Counted from the first letter of the stretch, positions 13,801 through 29,541 are shown. The stretch: DNA of 64,000 bases from Lama guanicoe (GCA_013239625.1 MU053482.1:2953168-3017167), one strand, 5' to 3'. Translations and numbers: made by a program. Notes: generated by a model not told the origin, from the letters alone.

Positions 13801-13985
13801 TTATCTTCTTCTAACTGGAGCATTTATCAGTTTATAAGCAACATAATTAATGATATATTTGAGTTGAATTTACCATCTTACTACTTGCTTTCTATTTGTT
13901 CCACCTGTTCTATGCTTCTTTTTCTCTTCTTTCTTGCTTTCTTTTGGATTTTTAAAAAGTTATTCCATTTCCTTCCCTCTAATAG
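10860..13985 (-). mobile_element. Old L1 (L1M-type) 3' end and ORF2 relic, interrupted by an LTR
   Basis: T-rich antisense L1 motifs: ttcatgagatctatccatgc, tttacagtcacaccagcaat, gattttgattgggactg, gaatagaagtggtgatagtggacattc. Confidence 0.85.
11627..12146 (-). mobile_element. Solo LTR (ERVL-like) nested in L1
   Basis: TG...CA ends, 5-bp TSD agcat/aacat, L1 sequence resumes across it, GC shift, minus-strand AATAAA near 11725. Confidence 0.75.
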
Positions 13986-14527
13986 CTTGAGGGATATGTA
14001 TTATTTTATATTAGCATAAACTCTTTATAATAAGTGTTCTAATACATGGTCTATTAAAATTTTATTTTGCTTCTGACAGACTGAAGTGATAAATAACATC
14101 TATTTTCCCACTGGCAGGTATGATTTTGATAGCAAGCTTTCCAAATAGCAGGATATCACACCTTACACCATTGCTTACACTCATCTACAAAGAGAATTTA
14201 GTTAGAAGTTAGAAGAGTATCCAGAAAAATTACTGCATACTCAACAAAATCACAGCCTTTCAGTACTTAATGCAAAAATTTTATTTGTCCCAAATCTCAA
14301 ACTATATTCCCAACTTGTTTCTTAAGTTTCACACTGATATTTGCACATTTAAATTGTCATTTAAAATAAGGTATCTATAGTTGCTCAAGAACAGTGGGGT
14401 TGAAACTAATAGTAATATTAAGACAACTTTTAAAATATGTACAAAGCTTACAATGTATAAAATGCTTTCAAAGCATTATTATATTTAATCAAACCAGGAA
14501 TCTACAAATGCAAAGAAAAGAACTTAC

Positions 14528-14599
14528 CTGGAGATGAAAATGATTAACCCTGTGGATGATGGAAATGTAGTTTTAAAGGATGTAAAGCATGGAATAGTG
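14528..14599 (-). CDS. SBF2: Candidate 72-nt cassette exon of SBF2, phase 2-2
   Basis: Consensus donor CAG|GTAAGT; acceptor ttaAG after a pyrimidine-rich, ~60-nt AG-free tract; open in the required frame: (S)TIPCFTSFKTTFPSSTGLIIFIS. Confidence 0.5.
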
Positions 14600-14720
14600 C
14601 TTAACAGATATACAAAACAGCAAGAGATACAAGAATAAAGAAAATGTGTTCATTTACATTCTTTAAGTAATATCCCTTGAAAAAATTCTAATTAGACAGC
14701 ATAAGGAAATCCTGCCTACA

Positions 14721-14891
14721 CTTGGGTCAGCAAATTACAGCCTGTGGGCCAAAAGCAACCTCGCCCATTTATTTGCATACTATGGCTGCTTGTATGGCAG
14801 AGTTGAGTGGCAGTAACAAGAGAACATATGGTCTACAAAACTGAAAATACATACTGTCTGGTCCTTTAAAGAAAACTTTTGCAGAACCTTG
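14721..14891 (+). mobile_element. MER58A-like hAT-Charlie MITE
   Basis: gggtcagcaaattacagcctgtgggccaaa...ctggtcctttaaagaaaacttttgcagaacc. Confidence 0.8.
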
Positions 14892-15245
14892 GCCTACAGC
14901 AGATCTTTATCTCTCTTCTTCTCTGCCTGGGAAAATCCTGTTCTTACTTCAAGTTATCTCAGGCATGATAGAAGAGAAGCAAGTGGGAAAAGAAAGGCAA
15001 ATATAGGAAATTCATAAAGGGGATCGTTCACCTTCTGATCTAACATAGGCAATTGTATGTCTGAGAATGCCAGTTAGATACGTGTACATGCTGCATAGAA
15101 GGTGTCCCTCAAACACACACACCCCGGACACCTTGCTCCTATTTTCTAGCATCTTTCTCTCTGGGCTATGGATGCAAACAGCCCATTCAAGACCAAGTGG
15201 AAGGAAGGAAAGAAGGTCTCTTTTTGGAGACCATTAACACACTTA

Positions 15246-15497
<252 letters not shown>

Positions 15498-17449
15498 TTA
15501 AAAACTTCCTTTTGAAGAGGATCCTTAATCAAGAGAGGTTTATATTAGGGCTGCAGTGCCATGTATGTCACAAATTAAATCATGTAACTTCTATGAGGAA
15601 TCATTATGCTCAAACACAAATTAAAACATTAATAAACAGAAAATAAAATATCGAGAGCTCACTTAACTCAAAATGTCAGGGAAATTGACTCAAATTTTCT
15701 AAAAACAATACAATTTTGAATTCATTCCCATTTTTTTCTGTTTCAGTCAGGCTTGCTTATTAATGTCCAACTGGAGTAATTTCTATTTAGAACTCTATAG
15801 AATAAACACTCATACTTTCTGAGACACTAACCTGTCAGTAAAATTGATCTCTAACATGATCACTACACAAACTCATCATTCCAGGTTTCAGTTAATTAAA
15901 GATCATAAACTCTTATCACTTTATAGATTAAGCAGAAATTTACTAGTGGAAAAAGATCTTTCTTAGAGAGATATGAAGAAGTTATACTTGGTGGAAGTTA
16001 TATTTTGTCAGAGGATGTGGTGTACATGGGAAACTCCCTAATAATTTTGCAATCACAGGTTACAGAATCCTTTAAGATTTCAGATGTTGGAAGAATTTAC
16101 CCAATAACCAAGTATTTTAGGGAGGACTGAAAAAAAACCCCACAACATTCCTAATTGGTACTGCATGTTCTAACAACAAAAAAAATTCCATGTTAAAACT
16201 GTTCTAATTTACTTTCCTATTTATTTTTAAAGTGAGAGAAGTCAAATTAAGCTTTCAAAGTTTTTGGAGATGTACTCAAAGTTCTAATGTCAAAGGGAAT
16301 GATATGGCTCTTTTCCATTAAAAGGGAAAAAACCCAGCTTATTCCTACAAATGTGAGATTTTGTGTTTTAGTTTGTGAACTTCACAATACAAATATATTA
16401 TCAGGTATCAGATTTATGTTGGTCTTTTATTTTCACAGGAGCAAAGAACATTAAAAACTTGGTCTTTTGGTGGAATAACCAAAGTAAGTTTTTGTTCTGT
16501 GAAATTACAAAAACCCTGAATTAGAAGAGTCAAAAGTAACGGGTAGCAGTAATTTTTTTACTGCTTTCCATGTGGCTGCGAAGAGGCCAGGGTTCCAATA
16601 AATGGTCGTTTCAGTAATGCAGCGGTGGGTCTTTACCCTGCCCCCAGAAGCAAGCCTGCAGATACACATACTGAGTGGAGACCCTTATCCAGTGATCTCT
16701 CTGAAGATGAGGTTTCTTTCTTTAAACTGTTCTTGCTGTTGTCATCAGCAGTAGTAAAAGCAGTTGTGTAATCACTGGTGATTGATCCTAAGAGCCTGAG
16801 AAGGAAAAGGGTGCAGTGGCATCCTGTCTCTCCAGTGTTAATTCCAAATGCATATTTGATACTAGGTTAAGGAACAGAAAACAGTCAATGAAACATTGTG
16901 CTACTGATTTTCTGACTATTTTCCTGACTGAGAGGTATCTCAGCTTCCCAGATTTGTTCTTTTAAATATTTAGAAGGCATTTTTTTCTTATCATTTAAGA
17001 ATCCCTTCATCTCAGGCTCCTCATTTTGATTGAGAGCATCCACAATGTTCTTACCAAAGACCCAAATCTTCAACTTTGAATATTTAATGTCCTTATTTCC
17101 TTATTCTTATTCCATAACAATAAGGTATGGGGACTCCTTTATAAATTTCCTATGCAGTGGGGTTTTTCCTTTCTCTGTTTAATGACACCCACATAACAAT
17201 GCCCAATCATTGTAGACTTAGTAGAGGAGGCATACAATTTAACAAAATCTTATCTGAACAATAGAATATTGGGGGAAAAATTTTTTTTTCCCCAATTCTG
17301 AGAAGCTGGTAAGTGCCTCCAATTTTCTTATCAAATCTAGGTTTTTAAGAGTCAGGTTTAAGTGCAACTATGACTTAGTCTCTTGTTCTTACTCATATCA
17401 GAAGAAAGAATAAAGTTCATTCATGAAGGAAAAGCAAATTCCCACATAC

Positions 17450-17595
17450 CGGATATGTCATCCTCTTCATTCCATCCAGGACGATTCACTCTCTCTTCCA
17501 CAATCGTCCCTGTCCTCCTCTTCAATAAATACTGCCGCCCAATTGTCATTTTCCCTGCCCTTTTGGCACCTTTCACAATTGTTTTTGAGAACGTG
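17450..17595 (-). CDS. SBF2: SBF2 coding exon (~exon 25), 146 nt, phase 2-1
   Basis: (R)[48 protein letters not shown]; acceptor tgtAG|C, donor G|GTATGT. Confidence 0.97.
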
Positions 17596-19284
17596 CTACA
17601 AGTCATAAAACCAAAGAGAATGTCAATTTAATATGAATATGCCATTTATATTTTTTGATAATTACATTGCTCAACTCATTCTTCTCCAGTCCCACAACCA
17701 CTTGTACTGTCCAGACCTTCACTAAGCCTCTCCTTGTTAGATCACTTTTTAATGTGGCGGCAGATTAATTTCCCATAAAAGACTTATCATCAGGACACTG
17801 TTTTAGGCAAAAAATGCAAGAACTTAGAGTGGGACACAAATTACTTATCATCCCAAATCAAAACGCCTCAGTTTGGCTTTTTGGTCAAGCATGCCCCTCA
17901 ACCACTCGGTTAGCCGTGCCACCTCCTCCACCAGTTCTTACAAACTATGTTTGTGGAAGTCCTCCCGCATGGAAAGCCACCCTGCCTCCTTCTCTACTGA
18001 TTCAAACTCTCAGGATTTTCTTTGAGATCATATGACAGCTATAGTTGTTATCACCTTTACTCGTTTCTTAAATGTTTTAAATGTGTATGTGTGGTGTCCT
18101 GACTTCTGACACTATAAACTTTCTGAAATATAGAAAAGAGTAACATAATTCCCCTTTTTGAGAAGAGAAAAAATAAGAAATCAGAAATTTGAGTATCCCT
18201 TTGAGAATCAGCTTTAATTAGAGGAGAAACTAGGATTTAAGTCATTTGGACCTAAAAGTACTTTATTTATTTAAATGGTTTATTTTTTCTTGATATTTAC
18301 AAATCAAAGAATTAGAAAAGAATGACTTTCCTGAATAATCACACTGAGATGAAAAGTTTCAGGTAAGATTGTTTTTGATTATGTTCTTCTCTTCCATAGA
18401 GAAGAGAACTCTTTGTGTTTTCTTGTCATTCGGTGAAAGTGATAAGGATTCTTTAACTGTCAAATAATTTTACCAGACCTTGTCTTTAGTCATCTGAAAT
18501 ATAAATCTGAGGATTATGAAATACATTTTAGATAATCATTAGAAGTCACAGAATACTAGTATTCCCTAAATTTCCTATTGTGAATCACTTCAGGTGTAAC
18601 TTAAACTCAGAGGGATTGTTGAATTTTTTCCAGCTAGAGCTGTATCTTTTGTTTTATATATGCAAGACAATTCTAAGATATCTTAAAATTTAAAATTGAT
18701 ATATCTCTGTTGTAGCTTGAAGAATAAGCTTGATTTTATAGATATATATATAATTTCACCCCCCCCAACAGTTTCTAAACATACAACTTTATACAAAACT
18801 TTCTTTCTTCCACAGAGGGCTGGGATAATGAATATCATAGGCTCCTTTGTGACCCCACAGTGCTAAGATGAGATGCTTGTCTCACCATTGTAAATGCCTA
18901 GAAAGCTGTTCATGCATCTTCAGCGTCTTATACCTGGATATGCGTGGTCTCTTTTGCTTACCAGCTAACAGTGGTACAGGTGGCTAGCTAAGCAATTTAG
19001 AAATGACATACTGTCTGGACCTTCAAATCTGTAACCTCCAGCCTACCCAGCTTGCAGGCAAATAATGGCCTTTTCTCCACAGTCTGCAGAGTACTCTCTA
19101 AATGTCATTTGTACTGGCAAATGCGCAAATTCCAGGTGATTAATGATAAATGGACTAAAATTTTAATCCTTGTATTTTATCACTAATTGATGAAAAATTT
19201 AAAGCAGTTGTTATTTTGTAATAACTGAAATTTAAAAGTTTCAACATAAATTCCTAAACATTTTCATCAGAAAATAAGAGTTCC

Positions 19285-19708
19285 TAGTAAAGAAATGACA
19301 ACTAAAGGCAGTGTCTGATCCTAGATTGGATCCTGTACCAGACAGAAAAAAAAAAGTTGCTATAAAGGATCATAAAATTGATCAAAATTTGAATATGGAT
19401 GCTGGGTTAGATAAAAATTTTATGCCAATTACATTTCCTGGTTATGATTATTACACTGTGGTTACGTAAGGTAATGCCTTTGTTCTTAGGAAATATATAG
19501 TGATGTATTTAAAGATAAAGGAGCATTACATATGTAGCTCAAATGGTTTAGAAAAAAATATGTATGAGATAATGATAAAGAAAATGGAGCTAAACAAAAA
19601 CAACTGGTGAATCTGGGTAAAGGGTACATAGGAACTGTTTGTATTATGTTGTAACTTTTTTACAAATTTGAAATTATATCTAAACAAAAAGTTAAAAAGA
19701 AAAAAATA
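19285..19708 (+). mobile_element. L1MC/ME-type 3' end
   Basis: atgacaactaaaggcagtgtctgatcctagattggatcctg...ggtgaatctgggtaaagggtacatagg and A-rich tail. Confidence 0.75.
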
Positions 19709-20032
19709 AAGGCTCTCATCTGTAGATCAAAGCAAAACTGTCTCTTAGGCTTGGATATTAATGAAAACTAAAGGGTCTGCTAAAGGAAGTTAGTGATCAA
19801 TACAGGAAAAAAGGGAAAACAGAATTCCATATTCTGAAAAATGCATCAAGAGCAATGGACATGATCGTTACATATTATTACCGCTGCTGTTCCGTAACTT
19901 TGAGTTTGGTTCAATGGATTTGACAAAATGGCGAACAAAAAGAACAGTCACATACTGACCCCAAAGAAAGGTCAGTCCTCCTGACAGTCAACTGTGGGAG
20001 GGCTGAGATGAAGAAACCCGACTGTCTTCTTA

Positions 20033-20209
<177 letters not shown>

Positions 20210-21345
20210 CTAGAGACAAAAGAAATTAAACACATCAGAAACACTAAGGATTTCCAGGTAATTTCCCTCCAAATTACTGAAATAACAAAAAATAACACAC
20301 TCAATGGCAAGAGTTTCGAGGTTGAAGGGACCTTGGATATCATGCAATACAATTTTTAAATTAAAAAATAAAAAAGCAAGGCTCAGAGAGGTTTACTTGT
20401 CATAGATGGTTAGTTGGCAAGGAAAATCATGTATTTTGAAGTTAGGTTTAAGATTATCTTTTCTATGATGGAATATGGAAATTAACTTACAGTGGCTGAA
20501 GTAGGAAACATGTCCTTCTCATTTATCAGTGGTTGGTTCTAGATAGGGAATTTGACCTAAGAAGTTCTCTTCCTACCAAGAGATACTATAAATCTAAGAA
20601 GAAAAATTTCAGTTTGACTAGAATCCTAACCAGGATAGCCATGCAATATTCTAGTTCAGAGTCCTCTGGCAGTTGGAACAGTGAAGAAATCCCGAGGAGG
20701 TCACTGCTCTCAGGTGACGGGAGAAGGTCTAGGCCTAGAGATCAGTAGCCTCACCGTTCACACAACTACCATGTGGTGGTACTAGGGAAAGTTCTTGACT
20801 GGAAGGAATAAGGCAAGAATTGGAACCCCTGGAAATCTGAGAAGTCAGGGACAAGACATGAAGAATGGGAAGAGTACAATGCCACAGACCGAGAATTATA
20901 AAAAAGGGAAAACTAAGAAAATATCACTCTTCCAGTGTCAATTGCATCAGTAATTCTACAAGTTCTGATATATTCAGAGCCCCCTGAAAAAACCTTTACT
21001 TTATCAGGGGTTACTCAGAACCAACGGTATTTTAGCCCTAGCCATAATTCTCAGAGCTTTGCCTTTTCCACCAAAGAGCCACAGGGTGTTTCCTTCTGAA
21101 ACAGATGCCAAGAGAACTACCTGCTATCTAAAGGCTTTATCAAACACAAATTGAGGTATGACTTGGCAGACAGTAAGAGTCAATCGTCTGTCTCTGAATT
21201 TCTAAGGTCATAAGTATTGACAAATAATCTGACTACTCTGAGTTGGCTTCAGGGCTCAGGAAAGGGAGGATTAAATCCAGTACTACTCACGAGTTGACTC
21301 AGTTGAAGATACCCTCTCAGACCCTCTGATCCTCCTCAATCTCTA

Positions 21346-21600
<255 letters not shown>

Positions 21601-23371
21601 TTATAGCTTATTTCTAGAGTCTCTGCTGCTTATTTCATCAGCCTCTGCTGGTAAAATGTATCTGGAAAGGACAAAGCTCAGGAATGCTGTGAGAGAAAGT
21701 GCCATGATTCTAGGATCACATTCATTAATTTTGTTGCATGGCAATTCACTCCTGAGATACAGTCCTTTCCTGGAGTGAAGAAACTGTCCCAGCCTGCGTG
21801 CCTTTGGTTCTATTTCCCCAATCTATCGTGTACCACACAAGATCATCATGCTTAAAGCAATCTTGTAAGAAGGCAGGTTTTATACAGAAAAAAAGAAGCA
21901 TCTTCAAATACTGAAAACATATTTATGATATTTAATGTAGGAATAAAGCAAAAGAGAAAAAGTTTTTAAAGCCTGTTTCTATATAAAGGTGCTGCACCTA
22001 CGTACATGTGCCTTCAGAAGATAAAGGACTGGGCTGAGGTCCAAGATTTCAGGAGCTTAAATATTAAAGCAAGAAAGGGAAAATATAAATAATCATTTAT
22101 CAAGTATCTGAGGGTACAAAGATGAGCATCTAGAAAAGGAGTAACACACATGAAGCCTCCCTTGGAGAGCTCATGGTTCCCCAGGGGAGAGGAGAGCCAC
22201 ACACAGGATACCATAACATGTAATTATCTCCTAGGTTTGAGAGAACAAACCTCTAAATATTCTAGAAAGAGAGAAGCTTTCTGCATGCTAGATGGCTAGA
22301 GAGTGATTCCTGGGAGGAGTGGGAGGGAAGGTGAACTTTGAAGAGAATGCAGGCTTGGATTAGCAGAGGGGAAAAGGGGCACAGTTCAGGCAGTGGTACA
22401 AGTAACAGAGCAGGAGTAGCTACGGGCAAGGCCCCTCAGCAGTAAGCCAGAGCGGGTGAGATCTGAACTAGGTTTATCTCACTTAGAGCCCATATGTTAA
22501 CCCACTAATTATTATCAGAATTCCTCATTCCCTTAACCTGTAAATTCCTAACCTGGAAAATTCTGATTATCCTCTCATGCCCAGAGGCTGAACAAAATCA
22601 GAATGTACACTGACTTCAGTTCTAGGGTGTATGCAACAAGTTATGCTTAAATAACACATGAAATGATCAGATTTCTGTTATTTAAGGAGAAATTTTAAAT
22701 TTTGAATTAACTTAAAATGAAAATGAAAGAGGCAAATACAAAGGTTTTCTCTGATAAAAATAATTTTCCTTAAAATGCAACATTAACCCAAAAATTGTTA
22801 GGAAAAAACAAGAGAACAATACAAGCTTTCACATTAAATATGGCTTTGATTTCTTTAAAAGAAATAAATTAGAGCAATTTAAATGACCGAGTATCTCATA
22901 TATTTATATGCCTAAAATGTATGTTTATGGTTACTGACTTAAGAGCCCAAAACACAAAAGGTATAGTACAAAAAATTGTAAGGACCGGCTATTTAATTTC
23001 TTTTAAAAATACATTTGCTTTCAAATACAAATGTAATTTATTTATAGTAATATGACAAGAGAGGGCTGAGATACTTTGCTGTATATTTCACTCTCACTCA
23101 AAATGAACACAACTATTCCTACTGATGCATTTTGTTTATTGAATTTTATGAGCTTTTTGCGTTTCATATGTAAGCAATCTCTATGACCAAGATGATAAGC
23201 CATTCTGATTCTATCCAAGCAAAGAATTACACAACCGTGAGACTTTGAAGGTGATACATTTTATACATCTGAATTCCACTGTCTAAGAAAGTGCACAGCA
23301 CATAGTACATTCTCATCAAATGCTACTGAATAAATAATTTCAGATAAGGAAGGAATTCTAGTAACTATTTA

Positions 23372-23562
23372 TTCTAAAGTTTCTTAATCCTAGGTATGCA
23401 TCATAATCACTCTGGGGGCTTAAAGATACATAGATGACTGGGTCTCTCCCTTCTTAGAATCCCATTTCAGATTCTAATTCAACTAAGAGTTGCGCCCAGA
23501 ATTTTTTTTTTTTAAAGCTTCCCGGATAATTCAAATACACAGTCAAGATTGAGGACCACTGA
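23372..23562. mobile_element. MER5-like hAT-Charlie MITE
   Basis: gcatcataatcac...cagattctaattca...gattgaggaccactg. Confidence 0.7.
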
Positions 23563-24305
23563 ATTATCACCCAGTAAGCCCAATTTCCTAATTTTATAAA
23601 ATGGGAAATTGAAACCCTGAATGGTTAGGGGACTTACTTATCAAGGTTGGTCAACAGTGATCTAGACCTGAGCTTCTTGATTTGGAGTCCCAGTTTTAGC
23701 TAAAACCTTGTATGATTTTTCCTGTCAACCAGAACAGTTTATATAGAGACAACAGTGATTTTAAAAAGACAATTCAGACTTGACAGGGCATGCCATTTCT
23801 TTCTAATAGAGAAGACCATAGAGAGTAGTAGAATATAGAAATAAAAGTTGAGGGAGTTTAGTGAATAGAAGTCTGCTAAGAGAGGAATGGGGTTAGTTGA
23901 AATGGAATGAGGGAAGTCACGTTAGTTAGTTTATGTTCTACAATCCTGCACTACTTAGCACATCCTTCCACAAAAGGGATCAAGTGTCTGGAAAACCTTA
24001 GCCTTACAGTTAACTGCAGGACTCAGAAGGTGGGCAAATCAGCCGGGATATTGTTGGCAGCCGGATATTGTGAATGTCCCTAGGTCACAATATGCTGCCT
24101 CATGAAATTGTGATCGTTTCAGTGGATGAACCATTGTTTGCTGTTTAGAAGATATTCTCAGTTTTTTAAATAAGAACCTATAATCCAAACTAACATGTGC
24201 ACTGACAGACAAAAGTATTATATAAAATGCCCGTGTAGCAAAAGGTCTACTTTCAATCTGAAATGATCTATAAATCACTCCACACGGATGGAATCAAAGC
24301 CCTCA

Positions 24306-24548
<243 letters not shown>

Positions 24549-24764
24549 CTAACAACAGAAAAAGTATTTTAAATACAACTCTACTGGGATTTCCAATCCT
24601 CAGATCACGGTTATCTTTTTTAGTTACAGATCTAAAAAATTTGAGCCAGACTTTCCAAGTAGACAAAATGAGAAAACAGATTTGGGAAGAGGCAGAAGTG
24701 ATCTTTCTGCATCCAAATGTAAAAAAAATAAAAAGATTCTTTGCAGTACTGCCTATTAACAGTA

Positions 24765-25128
24765 AAATCATTGGAAATTACCAAACTGTCTGAGATACCT
24801 ATTCAATGGAACATTTTGCAACCATTAAAAAGAGTGACATGGATTGGTATGTGTTAACATAGAAAAGTGCCAGAATACACTGTTGAGTAAAAAAATAGTT
24901 ACAAACCAGTATGTATACTATGATCCGCTTTATGGAAAAAAGAAAACAAAACTGTAAGAATATGAACCAAACTGTTAAAGGTAGTGCTATCATGGTTAAG
25001 GGCAGAGGTGGAGGTGGGGAGGACCATGAGGGACTTTCACCTTGTACAATGTGTGCTTCTTTAATACTTCAGTTTTATACAAAAGCACTGTTACTTTGCA
25101 AACTTAAAAAACAAATATTTTTAAAAAA
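24765..25128 (+). mobile_element. L1ME-type 3' end fragment
   Basis: caatggaacattttgcaaccattaaaaag...ctgttgagtaaaaaaatagttac. Confidence 0.6.
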
Positions 25129-25521
25129 TGGATGCACCTCTAAAGAAACTCGCCCTTTTTGGCCTTCATTAAAGATTAACACAATAAATGGCCAAATTAC
25201 TAACATTTATACATTTTGGGAAATAAGGAACCACATGATACACTCCTCTGTAGAGTTCAGTGCCAGAAAAAAAAAATCCATATGTCCTGAAGATCTAATA
25301 ACAGTTACTGTTTACTGAGCAATAAAAACTATATAAATCAGTACCGTTCTTTTTGTTAGCTCTAGGATGCTCAGAGCTAAATGTAAAGCTAAAGTATAAT
25401 GATCACCGTGTCTCAGATTTGATAAAATTATCTTTCCTATCCATCTGGCTTCTGGTTTCTCCTTTGAATTTATTTTTAATAGTTCTGTTATATAGGTATG
25501 AGAATCCTGAACCCTAGTCTA

Positions 25522-25708
25522 CAGACTGGTGCCAGACTAGCTGCAAAAATAATCATTTGGGAGGCTTGTTAAAGTACGGATTCCCAGGCCAAGTCCAAGG
25601 TACTCCAATTCAAGAAGCTGGGCTAGGGTTCAGGACTCTCAATTTTTAATAGACTTCCCAGATGTTTCTGATGTATGCTTGTAATGCATATAGATTCAGG
25701 AAACTGGT
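25522..25708. mobile_element. MER5-like hAT-Charlie MITE
   Basis: aatcatttgggaggcttgttaaagtacggattcccaggcc...cttcccagatgtttctgatg. Confidence 0.7.
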
Positions 25709-26059
25709 GTTTTAATGCTAATTGCCTTAAGTCCTTTTTTTTTTTTTAAAGGAAGTAGTAGGCAGGGTATAAAACCGTAGCTTGGGCTTGGAATTTAGAA
25801 TGTTCATAAGGTATGCCCTGCCTATAAAAGTAGACTCAACATGAGGTTATTACTGCTTATTTGTTGATCCTCTATTCTACTTCAGTATCCTTTTTATGAG
25901 GATCTACATGTAAACTCCTCTGAAACTTTAATGTATCATTAAAACTAGAGCCAGTCCCTGTAAAAAGTTAGGAGAAGGTACTTTCTAGGCCACAGCAGTC
26001 TACTGTGGCTGTTTTTAATAGCTATTATACCCTGAAAGCATGCAGCCTGGAATAATTAC

Positions 26060-26133
26060 CTTCTGTATAGGTGGAAGTCTTCTACTCTCTCGATGCACTG
26101 CTTCTAGGGTTTCAATGTGCATAGCTACAATTC
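26060..26133 (-). CDS. SBF2: SBF2 coding exon (~exon 21), 74 nt, phase 1-0
   Basis: (G)[24 protein letters not shown]; acceptor cctAG|GA, donor AAG|GTAATT. Confidence 0.96.
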
Positions 26134-26221
26134 CTAGGATGAGCCAGAGTATTCAAAATGAAAGAGCACAAAGTAAGCAGAATTAAAACAAATTCTAGAC
26201 ATTTTACAATTGAAAACTAAT

Positions 26222-26832
26222 CATAGTTTGGCAATTCCTTACAAAGTTAAACGCAGAATTACCATATGACCCAGCAATTCCACTCCCATGTATACACCCA
26301 AAAGAATTGAAAATAAGATTCAGATACTTGTATGTCAATATTCATAGTAGCACTATTCACGATACCTAGAAGGTCAAAACAATGCAAGTGTCCATCAACA
26401 GATGAATGGATAAGCAAACTGTGGTACATCCATACAATAGAGTATTATTCAGTCATAAAAAGGAATGAAGTTACAATACCTGCTACAATAGTGAATAAAC
26501 TCTGAAAACATTATATGAAGTGAAGTAAGCCAGACACAAAAGGACAAGTATTATAAGGCTTCACTTATATGCAACATCTAGAATAGGCAAATTCATAGAG
26601 GCAGAAAGTAGATTAGAGGTTACCAGGGGCTAGGGGTGGAGAGTGGAGAGCTGTTGCTTAATGTCTTAGTGTCTGTTGGAGTGATAAGAAGATTTTGTAA
26701 CAGATAGTGATGATAGTTGTACAACACTGAATATATTTAATGCCTCTGAATTTTACACTTAAAATAGTTTAAATGACAAATTTTATGAGAGACATACATA
26801 TTTTTTGCTACAATTTAAAAATACTTTTAAAA
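26222..26832 (+). mobile_element. L1MB-type 3' end
   Basis: gaattaccatatgacccagcaattccactcc...aataggcaaattcatagaggcagaaagtagattagaggttaccaggggc. Confidence 0.85.
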
Positions 26833-26927
26833 ACTAATCAAAACATAAATAAACAGCATGGCTAAACTACATGGAAGTCAAGTGTGATGCTGGAAAAAGA
26901 CCAATAAAAATAATTCTTACTCAATTA

Positions 26928-27985
<1,058 letters not shown>

Positions 27986-28849
27986 AAGAAATCATGGTCA
28001 GTACTCAAATGTAATGAATGACTACTACATCACAGTGAATTTACACAGCAATTTAACCTTGCTCAAAGAGGTGTATACTTAAGTAGACCTCACTTAACTC
28101 CATGGCTCCTTTATCAGTGACAATGGTGAAACATGATGTTCTGGTTGCCTATATCTGAAAGCTATTGTGAAGCACTGTCCTTTTGACCCAGGTTTGTTTT
28201 TGTAAGGAATACCTTCTGTCATTCTTCTAACAGGAATTCAGGAACCACAGAAAATAAAACAAAAAGGGATTCTTTAACTTATTATCTGATACTTGAACCT
28301 TCTGAAAAAACTTATCCCCCCAAGTTAATTACCACATGGAGACAGACAAAGTAATATGGTTATCTTTGGCCTTTGGCAACTGGAGGACATCTCCCTGGTA
28401 GGCAAAGTAAAAGAAATTTTTTTTAGAAAATAGCATATTCCTCCAAATGGAAGAACAAATTTGTCCTATGAACCCTTCTGTTATCAATATTTTTCTTTCT
28501 CTAAGTGAATCATAACCACTTTGGTCACTCTGAAGCCATCATTCGTCTGTAGGTGATAAAAATCACACAAGAGAAGGGAATGAATTTGAAATGAAGCTGA
28601 TGTGAATGTTCAATCTCTGCCTTTGTTGCTTATTCAGTTCTCATTTTCAATAAATAATCCTGCTTCCTATGCCCCATTTTGGGCTGCTAATCATGGAAAA
28701 GACTCCTTTGCCCAGTTCTCTTTAGTCCAAATCCAACCATATTAGGTGAATTGGTGTTAGAAGTAAAGCTAAACAGTGAACATGGCCATCACATCATCTC
28801 AAAACATTAAAGAACACAGGTACCTTAGCCACTCAGTATAAATCAGGTT

Positions 28850-29240
28850 GTAGAAAATATCATGAAAGAAAAAAAAAGGTAGGACAAAGTGACAAATGTG
28901 CTACTTGAGACAGGGAAGTCAGGAAAGCCTCTCTGGGTGGGTGATATTAGAGCAGAGAGTAAGTGAAGTGAGGGAGTGACTCCTGTGACTATTTCAGGGA
29001 GACTATCCCAGACTTCAGAACAACAACTACAAAGGCCCTGAGGCAGCATCATCCTTAGAGTGCTGGAGGATTAGGTCAGCAGGGAGACCAGTCTGGTTGA
29101 TAGAAGAGTGATAGGAAGTAAGGTCTGAGCGGTAGCCAGGGGCCAGATCCTGTCAGGCCCTGCAGTCTGTGGGTTTTAGCCTCACTAGTATGGGAAGTAG
29201 TAGGGTTGAGAGCAAGGCATGGCTGAGCACATGATTACAG
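28850..29240 (+). mobile_element. L2 fragment
   Basis: gtcaggaaagcctctctg...caaaggccctgaggcag...gggccagatcctgtcaggccc. Confidence 0.7.
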
Positions 29241-29541
29241 GCAAATGCGACAGATAAGTTGAGGAAAAGGAGGGCCAAGAAACAAATAATCACTTTGGCA
29301 AGAAGGAGTTCATCAGTAATTTTCCAGAGTGCTTTCTACAAATTGACATGGCAGACAGTAACCAGAGGGCTGGATCAGTAGTGAGTGAGACATCTGAAAA
29401 ATTAGGGGTCATGAAAGAGAAGAGAGTACGGGAGGTGATTAAGAATAGCTGGATGTAGTGAAAGTCTTTTAATAGAGAAGAGCTGAGGAAGTCTGAGGGT
29501 GGAGAAATGGTTACTTTTTGAAATATGTACTGCATTATTTA

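Noticed and set aside
24911..25318. 135-aa plus-strand ORF
   Set aside because: Largely overlaps a decayed L1 3'UTR; no recognisable protein
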